DNA of 64,000 bases from Candidatus Poribacteria bacterium (GTDB taxonomy: Bacteria > Poribacteria > WGA-4E > WGA-3G), in the NCBI GenBank assembly GCA_965197475.1, contig CBDANF010000003.1:1216001-1280000 (forward strand). Direction: 5' to 3'. The notes beneath the pieces are model-generated. The model was not told the origin of the DNA, did no database searches, and worked only from the letters and a program-made list of their open reading frames with translations. Positions 1 to 7,886 of the stretch are shown piece after piece (positions within the stretch are counted from its first letter, which is position 1; every line of letters begins with the position of its first letter). The translations under genes were made by a program, and so were the position numbers.

Positions 1-1
1 C

Positions 2-496
2 ACCAAAGATGGGAAAGAGGTCGCTTATGGTGATGACCACGAACCGACTGAACCTGTAGGTGCGGTTGCTGGTGATTGTATCAACAGTTATTTCGCTTTT
101 GAGAGTGGTGTTTCCGGGTTCTTTCAGTCACGCAAGGATCAGGCTGGATCAGGTAGATACGGCATGGAGATTGTTGGAAGTGAAGGGATTTTCTCGCTCC
201 GAGGTGATGTTGCCAACCGACTTATGGTTTATCCCTATCCAGTATTAGTTCCTTCAAACCCAGCACAGGAGTGGGAAGCGATAGACCTTGACGATACACC
301 TTTTTTTAGAGGAAATGAACTCGCTATTCTTGATCTGATTGATGCAATTGAGAATGATCAAAAACCGATTTCCGCTGCTGAAGATGCTGTCGCTGCATTG
401 GAGATGATTTTGGGTGCCTATGAATCCCAACTCACAAGTCAACGCGTTCCGTTTCCGATAGCGAATCGCGAACATCCGTTGAGTCGTGGTACTTAA
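2..496 (+). CDS. Gfo/Idh/MocA-type oxidoreductase, C-terminal part (5' end outside window)
   Basis: Frame is open from position 2. The C-terminus LIDAIENDQKPISAAEDAVAALEMILGAYES is typical of the family. Confidence 0.7.
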   Translation, partial: TKDGKEVAYGDDHEPTEPVGAVAGDCINSYFAFESGVSGFFQSRKDQAGSGRYGMEIVGSEGIFSLRGDVANRLMVYPYPVLVPSNPAQEWEAIDLDDTPFFRGNELAILDLIDAIENDQKPISAAEDAVAALEMILGAYESQLTSQRVPFPIANREHPLSRGT

Positions 497-559
497 GCAG
501 CACACCCATAGGTGCCAATTTAGCGGTCCTACAACCCTTCTGGGACTTAGCGCGTACTT

Positions 560-960
560 TTTTCTTAAACTGACACATATCTGTTCCGCGCAGCAACTTT
601 AGGACCTGTCCAAAGTCCGCCATCAGCAGGAGGCGCAGAAAGTGCAGCCTCAAGTGCTGCTTGCTGTGTTTCATCCAGAAAACGACACCTTCCATTGTTT
701 TTGCGTTTGTCTCGTAGTGCTTCTTCACCCGCAGCGTTATAGCGTTTGAGTAGTTTGCGAACCTAGTCCGCAGTGCAACCTACAATATCAGCGACTTCGC
801 GGGGTGTCCTCGGATGTGTGGTGTCAGCAAGAAGCCAAATAATATGCCAATGTGTCCGTTCCCGAGAACATTTACATTCAAGATACCTTTGTCTAAGAAC
901 TTCTGTCGTAAAATGGGGAAAAACCCGTTGTTTAGTGTTTTTGTTTACATGTGTTGACAA
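560..960 (-). pseudogene. IS630-family transposase N-terminal (HTH) remnant
   Basis: Translates RERTHWHIIWLL...VADIVGCTAD*VRKLLKRYNAAGEEALRDKR...PPADGGLWTGPKVA with an internal TAG. The DDE domain is missing. Boundaries are approximate. Confidence 0.75.
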
Positions 961-1026
961 TAACATATCTAAAAAATAAACGCAATAAGTAGTTTTGGAC
1001 TTGCAACAAGCCATTGAATTTTTCAC

Positions 1027-1056
1027 TTGACTCTCTTTTCTCCCACATGTTATACT
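1027..1056 (+). promoter_or_regulatory. sigma70-type promoter inside the IS end, facing the passenger unit
   Basis: TTGACT-N18-TATACT with an extended -10 TG. Confidence 0.65.
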
Positions 1057-1060
1057 ATCC

Positions 1061-1139
1061 TAACGTTGTTGGTAGGGAATCTCATCTGTCTCGCTTGAGG
1101 CAGTCCCTACCAAACCGAATGAGATCGGGAACAACGTTA
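1061..1139 (+). ncRNA. Putative structured RNA (multi-stem with bulge-loop pseudoknot), family unknown
   Basis: Stems 1061-1070/1130-1139, 1071-1078/1104-1111, 1086-1092/1097-1103 and 1115-1118/1125-1128. Bulge TCTCAT is complementary to loop ATGAGA. It begins just downstream of the promoter. Confidence 0.55.
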
Positions 1140-1199
1140 AGGTTAAACAACGTGATCCTATAAACAAAACACGTACAACCCTTACCATAAGGGAATATC

Positions 1200-1436
1200 A
1201 TGGTACTTTTAGTGTGGCCACTTCTTGTATTTGCTTACTATAAGCAAAAATACACGTTGAAAAACTGGCTTTTGTTTTTCGCTATCATTGGATCTATAGT
1301 CACTGTTCTCGGTGCTCGAGAATACGCATTAGTAGCATTGGTAGCCCAAATTGTCGGCATACCTATTATTTTTCTGTCGGCAAGATTCACCGCTTGGTGT
1401 ATCAAACGGTATGTAAACCGAAAGAAAACAGACTAA
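1200..1436 (+). CDS. Small hydrophobic membrane protein (IS passenger)
   Basis: 78 aa with 2-3 hydrophobic segments and a basic C-tail; AAGGGA RBS. Confidence 0.65.
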   Translation: MVLLVWPLLVFAYYKQKYTLKNWLLFFAIIGSIVTVLGAREYALVALVAQIVGIPIIFLSARFTAWCIKRYVNRKKTD

Positions 1437-1484
1437 CCCAACAACGAGGTGCCCCTGTCCCCTCTAACTCACAAAGGAACTATC

Positions 1485-1820
1485 ATGTTAATCATATTTC
1501 CAAAACCTGAACAAATCACTGGATTTTGTCCATTAGCCGTAAATCTTAATATTTATGATGAAATTGTGATCATCAAGAACAACGAATCAAACTTGTTCAA
1601 TCTGACTCTGTTGAAACATGTAGACGCTCATGGATCGAACCAATCAACTTTTCTCTACAATTTGGGCATCTTCCAATCCGAGTCAGATTGCTATACATTG
1701 TTCCAAAATATTCTCGAAGCTTTGAATTCGGATCAAAAGACATTCGAGCTTCCGCCATCTGTGCTGCAAGCACCGCCTGAACCCGCGGATCATGCAAAGA
1801 AACGCCCTGGGTACCTTTAG
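1485..1820 (+). CDS. Hypothetical protein (IS passenger)
   Basis: 111 aa from ATG 1485 with AAAGGA RBS; converges on the transposase. Confidence 0.6.
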   Translation: MLIIFPKPEQITGFCPLAVNLNIYDEIVIIKNNESNLFNLTLLKHVDAHGSNQSTFLYNLGIFQSESDCYTLFQNILEALNSDQKTFELPPSVLQAPPEPADHAKKRPGYL

Positions 1821-1826
1821 TTTCAC

Positions 1827-2711
1827 TCATCTCATACTCTCATTAACAAACTTATCAAAGATGCTGTCAATGCTCCTATAGTTATACTTGTAGCACGCCT
1901 CTGCGACATACAGGGGCGTATATTCAGTCCAATAGTGGTGATGTGAACCATACCAAGCGCGTTTGAGAAGCGACCAAAACCCCTCAATCGTGTTTGTGTG
2001 GACATCACCGTCAACAAATTGCTCTTGATGATTGATGATATGATGCTTCATATCTCTACCGAGTGCGAGATAAGCATTATATTCATCGGTCATCAACTCC
2101 GAATCCTGAACTTTCACGGCTCTTCGGATAAAGTCTAAAATAGTCCGTCCTGTCAAATCCCTTGCAAGTTGTGCTACAACTTTCCCACCGCGTTGGACAG
2201 CCCCGATGATTGCGTCTTTATCAGTGCCACGACCACGCTTGGCAGGCTCCGCATCTGCTTTCTTGTTCGGCTTGCGAGGTTTACCCCCGATGTAAGTTTC
2301 ATCAGCCTCTATGATGCCTTGTAATAGCACGTTGCTACCTTTCTTTGCCATTTCAGCACGGATACGAGTCATTATAAACCATGCAGTTTTCTGATTCAAG
2401 TCTAAATCACGACTCAACTGGTAACTGGATAACGACTTCTTCGCATTCACAATCAACGAGATCGCCAAAAACCACTTCTGAAGTGCTATCTTTGTCCCGT
2501 GAAACACCGTGCCACACGTCACCTTGAAAGTAGCAGTGCAATCATGGCATTGCCAGCGTCCGATGCGTCCCAATTCCGTCTCTGTCCGTTCCGCAACGTT
2601 TAGACTATCACAATGCGGACATCTTGGTTCACCACGCCACCGAATATATTCCAAATGCTCAATACATGCTTCTTGGTCAGGAAAACGCTCCATTACCTTC
2701 AATAAATCCAT
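1827..2711 (-). CDS. IS1595-family DDE transposase
   Basis: Zn ribbon CPHC..CHDC, HTH, and catalytic motifs IEADETYIGG, LMTDEY and HTNTIEGFWS. Confidence 0.95.
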   Translation of the reverse strand: MDLLKVMERFPDQEACIEHLEYIRWRGEPRCPHCDSLNVAERTETELGRIGRWQCHDCTATFKVTCGTVFHGTKIALQKWFLAISLIVNAKKSLSSYQLSRDLDLNQKTAWFIMTRIRAEMAKKGSNVLLQGIIEADETYIGGKPRKPNKKADAEPAKRGRGTDKDAIIGAVQRGGKVVAQLARDLTGRTILDFIRRAVKVQDSELMTDEYNAYLALGRDMKHHIINHQEQFVDGDVHTNTIEGFWSLLKRAWYGSHHHYWTEYTPLYVAEACYKYNYRSIDSIFDKFVNESMR

Positions 2712-2813
2712 CAGATACTCCTTGAAATAGGAGTTGCTTTTTCTGACGGATTTCTGATATAATACCAGATAAGATTAGAACCGTCAAAAAGCAACTCGCT
2801 TTTTGTGTTCATT

Positions 2814-2841
2814 TAGGGGGCTACCAACCCCCTACTTTCTT
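2814..2841 (+). terminator. Putative intrinsic terminator for an antisense transcript
   Basis: Hairpin TAGGGGG-ctaccaa-CCCCCTA followed by CTTTCTT. Confidence 0.45.
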
Positions 2842-2950
2842 ATCTATATTGTATCATAGTTGCACAATTAAAACAAGTGGAAATGTAGTCTACATCTGTG
2901 TTTGTAGCGATTTTTACATGTTTGTTGCAAGTCCAAAACTACTTATTGCG

Positions 2951-3228
2951 AATTTTAATAGCCGAGGAGTAGCACAAAACCATTCCCCATGAACACGGAA
3001 TGCACCAAAATGAAGATGAATTTGCTTTTCTTCTCTACGAGCTTCCTCCTCTGTATCAAACGGAATGACACCTATATCCCATATTGGAGATTCGTTTCCA
3101 GTCTGTAGAACGGCTTGACGAGTTAATAGATCTGTGCGAGTACGACCAATTTTAATAAAATCAGGTTGTTTGTCACCGAAATTGCTCTTCGCGAAAAAGT
3201 ATACTATGGGTTGACTTTCATTTTGCAT
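2951..3228 (-). pseudogene. GIY-YIG/T5orf172-like protein truncated by the IS1595 end
   Basis: Motifs VYFF..FIKIGRT..R...LQTGN..EKQIHLHF..RVHGEWF. The last ORF residues are encoded by the IS inverted repeat. Confidence 0.75.
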
Positions 3229-3475
3229 TATTGATTACTCCTATGAGGTAGGCAGCCACATTGAACTGGGTTGAAATTCCTCAGAATCTTGACTTGAACA
3301 GATCTTTTAGGCGAATGTAAGTTAGTCAATGTGAGCGATGGATAGGATAAGCAAAGGTCAACGCTGACCTTTCCTGCCAGAGCAATACTATACTACATTT
3401 TCGACCAAAAGTCAAATTTATTTTTACACTTTTGCAATAAGGACAAGGAACGAAGAGGTATACAGAAAATCAACG

Positions 3476-3858
3476 TTACTCTGTAACGGTTTTCTTAGCA
3501 TCTTGTTCGCTAAGTATGAAAAAATTACTAATTTCCGCTGAAACAGCCTTCTCTATGATCTCTTGAAGGTAAATATCTATCTCTAACTGACGACGCGCGG
3601 CGTTTAAGGCATCCGACTGTACAACTCAAGACTTGTTTGGATTGTCAGTTCTCCTGAAAAAGGTTTATCCGGCACTTTCCCTTGTTCTTCACAAACTTCA
3701 AAGTAAACTTCAAGCGACTTCTGCATTTCCTCCCGAAGTTCAGCTACAGATGCACCGTAGAACGTGATCACATCCTGTGTATTAATCACTGTTCCGTGGA
3801 ATAGATCTATTTCTGGATCAAAATCTACGACTCCGATATAGCCTCTGAATTCAATCAT
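3476..3858 (-). pseudogene. hicB: HicB-like antitoxin, frameshifted, no hicA
   Basis: YIGVVDFDPEIDLFHGTVINTQDVITFYGASVAEL..PDKPFSG. The RHH part continues in another frame after about 3610. Confidence 0.75.
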
Positions 3859-3860
3859 GG

Positions 3861-4808
3861 TTAAAAACCGAGCTGCTTATCAACAACGTTTTTCAATGCC
3901 TCACCCTTCAAATACCGCTCAAGGTTATCCAAGAAAAACTCGGTAATACGTCGCATGCGGTGCTGTGAACCCCCAGCAGCATGCGGCGTAATGATAACAT
4001 TATCCATATCCCACAACAGACTCTCTTTATCCAGAGGTTCAATCTCTGTCACATCCAACCCCGCCCCCGCGATTTTACCGGCTTGCAAAATTTCAATAAG
4101 ATCCGCTTCATTAACAATGGGACCGCGGGCAACGTTAATCAGATATGCTGTTGGCTGCATCACAGACAAGTTTTCAGCATTGATCAATCCACGTGTCTCC
4201 TTAGTCAATGGACAAGCAATCATTACAATATCTACGCGACTCATCATGTCTGCAAGTTTTTCCATCGGCATCAGTTCGTCAACGTTTTCCGGCTTTTCGG
4301 TGCGGTAAGCATCCACAGCGATAACGTGCATATCAAATCCTTTTGCGCGTTTCACCATCTGCATGCCGATACCACCTAACCCGACAATGCCGATTCTGAA
4401 TCCATCAATCTCAATCATTGGAGATTTACTGCCACCCCACTGATGATTGTCTTGGTTACGTGTGAAATGGTGAATACCACGTGTTATACCGAGCAGGAGC
4501 GCAAACGCTTGGTCAGCGACGTGCGTGCCGTAAAGTCCAGCGGCGTTTGTCAAGACCACATCGCTTTCGCGTATCGCAGGATACATGTGTCTGTCCATAC
4601 CTGCACTGGATGCCTGAATCCACTTGATATTGGGCAGGAGCGGGAAAATATCCTCGCTACAGAAACCGAAAAAAATATCAATATCTTTGCCTTCTTCAGC
4701 AATTTCCTCGCGTGAACCCGGCATGACGTAGGTATGTTCATCACCAATAATGTTTTCTAACCGCTTTAACTGGTCGTCTTCAACTTGATGTTGTAATAAT
4801 ATCTTCAT
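3861..4808 (-). CDS. D-2-hydroxyacid dehydrogenase
   Basis: Motifs GIVGLGGIG, LINVARG, GLDV..EPL and ITPHAAG. Confidence 0.92.
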   Translation of the reverse strand: MKILLQHQVEDDQLKRLENIIGDEHTYVMPGSREEIAEEGKDIDIFFGFCSEDIFPLLPNIKWIQASSAGMDRHMYPAIRESDVVLTNAAGLYGTHVADQAFALLLGITRGIHHFTRNQDNHQWGGSKSPMIEIDGFRIGIVGLGGIGMQMVKRAKGFDMHVIAVDAYRTEKPENVDELMPMEKLADMMSRVDIVMIACPLTKETRGLINAENLSVMQPTAYLINVARGPIVNEADLIEILQAGKIAGAGLDVTEIEPLDKESLLWDMDNVIITPHAAGGSQHRMRRITEFFLDNLERYLKGEALKNVVDKQLGF

Positions 4809-4841
4809 AAATTTCCTTCAGATACTGTTTACGAATTCCGC

Positions 4842-5735
4842 TTACCATGGTGGGGTTTCTGGCAATAATTCTTGAAATTTACTGAGTAATTCGTCTTCAT
4901 AGCTGCCTGCATATTGCTCATTAAAGAATCTATTTACCCCTTCCTCAAGGAAGTGTGCCCAAGATGTATCTTCTGCACCGGGATTGACAGGAAAAAACAT
5001 TGCACCCACACTTCGCGCGGCTTTTAGGTCCCCCGGAGAATCACCTATCATCAAAACACGGTTTTCAGGATATTTGTCCTTCGTTGTGATGGTAAGATGT
5101 TCTGTTTTCGTTCCCATCTCCTGTCCGGCAATCAAGGCTACATATTGGTCAATATCGTGTTCGTCCCATTCCCGTTTGAGTGCCTCATCAGGGGTAGCAG
5201 ACACGACAATGACATCCGCTTTTCCTTGGAGTCGTTGCAGCGCGTCACGGACACCGGGAAACGGGGGTAGGTTGTAGACAATCTCCGCAACACTTTCATT
5301 TACACCAAGACTCCATTGCATTACTTGACTCAACTCATCAAGTCTTTCACCAGTCGCGGCATCAAGTGCTTCCTGAAGTGCGGGATTTCCAAGTTTCGTT
5401 TCGGTTTCAGTCCATTCTCTCAGGTGCGGTAGTTCTGGCACTTCTACCCCCATCTTCTGTACAAGAGACATCTCACGTAAATAATCGAACACGAGCAACA
5501 CGGCTTTAAATCGATTCGTACCGCGCATCGTGGAATAGAGGTTGACAAAATCCCACGCCTGATGCACTTGTCTTGAAATGGACGCTAAACCAAAATGCTT
5601 GACGACGTTCACGCTAAAGCAGTCGTTGTGTTTGACTTCCATGCTATTGAAAACACACCCGTCTGAATCAATTCCGACAAAAAAATCGTGTTGTGGTTTA
5701 AAATCATACAATGCTTGTTGTGGTTCTTGAGCCAT
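4842..5735 (-). CDS. HAD-superfamily hydrolase
   Basis: Motifs DSDGC, VVSAT and MIGDSPGD. Confidence 0.85.
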   Translation of the reverse strand: MAQEPQQALYDFKPQHDFFVGIDSDGCVFNSMEVKHNDCFSVNVVKHFGLASISRQVHQAWDFVNLYSTMRGTNRFKAVLLVFDYLREMSLVQKMGVEVPELPHLREWTETETKLGNPALQEALDAATGERLDELSQVMQWSLGVNESVAEIVYNLPPFPGVRDALQRLQGKADVIVVSATPDEALKREWDEHDIDQYVALIAGQEMGTKTEHLTITTKDKYPENRVLMIGDSPGDLKAARSVGAMFFPVNPGAEDTSWAHFLEEGVNRFFNEQYAGSYEDELLSKFQELLPETPPW

Positions 5736-5745
5736 AAATTCTCCT

Positions 5746-7209
5746 TTATTCTACAATAACTTCTGGACGATTCTCCAACATCCATTCGGTATGGAACACC
5801 GTCGGTTCTCCATCTTCTCCGACAATAGTGTTACCATCAGCATCCAATTTATGGTAGGTATGTGCACCGAAGTAATCTCGCATCGCTTGGATAAGGTTGG
5901 CAGAGAGTCTGCTACTGCGATAACTATCAAAATAGGCTAATGCTGAACTGAACGCTGGAATGGGAACACCAAGTTGTGTGGCAGTGCTAACGACATTCCG
6001 CCAGTGAGGTTGCGCCGCTTCTATGATGCCACGGAAATAGGAGTCAAGCAACAAATTCGGCAGATCAGGATTGCGATCAAATGCTTCGGCAATCCTATGC
6101 AGGAATTTTGCCCGAATGATGCAGCCACCGCGCCAACCTAAAGCGATTTTGCCGAGATCCAGACCCCATTCATTTTCTACACTTGCTTCTCGCATTAATG
6201 CAAATCCTTGCGCGTAAGAGCAGATTTTGGCTGCATAAAGCGCATCGTGGATGGCATTCAAGGTTTCCTCTCGGTTTCCATCATAAGTGTCAACAGGTCC
6301 ATTAATAACCTCAGACGCATCAACACGTTCGCTTTTAATTGCAGAGATGCAGCGTGCAAAAACTGCCTCAGCGATCGTGGGAGCGGATATGCCCAGATCC
6401 AATGCAGAAATGCTTGTCCATTTGCCTGTGCCTTTTTGTCCCGCTTGGTCCAGCACAACATCAACAAACGGTGTACCACTCGCGTCCCGTTGTGTGAATA
6501 TATCTGCAGTAATTTCGATGAGATAGGAATTTAGTTCGCCTTGATTCCATTTGTTGAAGACTTCGTGCATTTCGTCCGCGTTCATCCCAAGAACGCCTTT
6601 CATCAGAGAGTAAGCTTCGCAAATCAGCTGCATGTCGCCATATTCAATGCCGTTATGCACCATTTTAACGTAATGTCCCGCACCGTTTGGTCCAATGTAG
6701 GAACAGCAAGGTGTACCTTCGACTTGCGCCGCTATCTTGGTGAAGATTGGTTCTACGAGAGCATAAGCTTCTGGCGAACCGCCCGGCATCATTGCTGGAC
6801 CTTTTAATGCACCTTCTTCACCGCCAGAGATACCTGTTCCGATGAAAAGAATATCCTGTTCAGCCAATTCTGCGTGTCGGCGAATCGTATCATTGAAATT
6901 TGAGTTGCCACCATCTATAATCAGATCGCCTTTTGAGAGATGTGGGACCAATTGTGCAATAAACGCATCAACCGGTTCCCCTGCCTTTACCATCAAAATT
7001 ATTTTGCGCGGTGTATCTAATTTTTCAATAAATTCCGCAATTGAGTGTGCACCTGTGATATTTTTTCCGGTTGCTGTGTCTGCTATGAAAGCATCAACTC
7101 GTGAAACGGTTCGGTTAAAAACCGCTACCTCAAATCCTTTGCTTTCCATATTCAGTGTGAGGTTTTCACCCATCACTGCTAATCCAATGAGTCCTATATC
7201 TGCTGCCAA
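5746..7209 (-). CDS. gnd: NADP-dependent 6-phosphogluconate dehydrogenase (decarboxylating)
   Basis: Motifs GLIGLAVMG, KMVHNGIEYGDMQ, QKGTGKWT and RDYFGAHTY. TTG start at 7209 follows GGAGG. Confidence 0.96.
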   Translation of the reverse strand: MAADIGLIGLAVMGENLTLNMESKGFEVAVFNRTVSRVDAFIADTATGKNITGAHSIAEFIEKLDTPRKIILMVKAGEPVDAFIAQLVPHLSKGDLIIDGGNSNFNDTIRRHAELAEQDILFIGTGISGGEEGALKGPAMMPGGSPEAYALVEPIFTKIAAQVEGTPCCSYIGPNGAGHYVKMVHNGIEYGDMQLICEAYSLMKGVLGMNADEMHEVFNKWNQGELNSYLIEITADIFTQRDASGTPFVDVVLDQAGQKGTGKWTSISALDLGISAPTIAEAVFARCISAIKSERVDASEVINGPVDTYDGNREETLNAIHDALYAAKICSYAQGFALMREASVENEWGLDLGKIALGWRGGCIIRAKFLHRIAEAFDRNPDLPNLLLDSYFRGIIEAAQPHWRNVVSTATQLGVPIPAFSSALAYFDSYRSSRLSANLIQAMRDYFGAHTYHKLDADGNTIVGEDGEPTVFHTEWMLENRPEVIVE

Positions 7210-7886
7210 ATTTATTCCCTCCAATGATAATATGTGTTTTGCATATCATACACTGCAAGAGATGGTGATGTCAACAGGAAATTAAATTGGGTGTGCTGTG
7301 TGCGAAAGGATATGTTTTTGGGAAGTTGGGCGGTGTGTTGTCTTAACCAGGATTTTTAGGATTATTTGGATTAGCATATATTTTAAACGTGCCTACTACT
7401 TTGAGCGCACATTTAACATTCGAATTATTTATGTCTCAACTAACTCAAAACCTGCCAAATCGGTTCCGCGTCCTCAACACCGACAAGTTTTGATCTAACC
7501 CGCAGTGGAAGAAAGTGAGTCGATAATATAGGTTGCCGGACATATAAAAAAAGGTATCTGTCTCTCTTCTTCTTGCTTAATAAGAACATTATATATCTCT
7601 TATCAAAAGAGTTTCTGTAACCCATAATTAATTGTAAACGTTAAAATTCTTAAATGGGGATGGGATGCTTTACGCAAACGCTCTGTTTCCATAATGCATA
7701 TTCAGTGTAAGTTGCCAACTTGAAATGTGCGCTTACACCGTTTGTATTCCTTTGATGTCCGAACGGTTTATTGCACATATATGGGTAGGTTAGTAACCGT
7801 TCGGACCCCTCTTAAATTTATATAGTAAATGAGTAGATATAAAAATCCACCTTTGGAAAACAGATTTTTCAGAAGGAGACTTAGGA

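Larger units (their letters stand above)
981..2950 (-). mobile_element. IS1595-family transporter IS with passenger genes
   Basis: Perfect 29-bp IRs CGCAATAAGTAGTTTTGGACTTGCAACAA (981-1009 and 2922-2950) enclose the transposase and two passenger ORFs. The flanks show no target-site duplication. Confidence 0.85.

Noticed and set aside
7345-7375. Degenerate GGATT short repeats
   Set aside because: Only three imperfect units; too weak to interpret.
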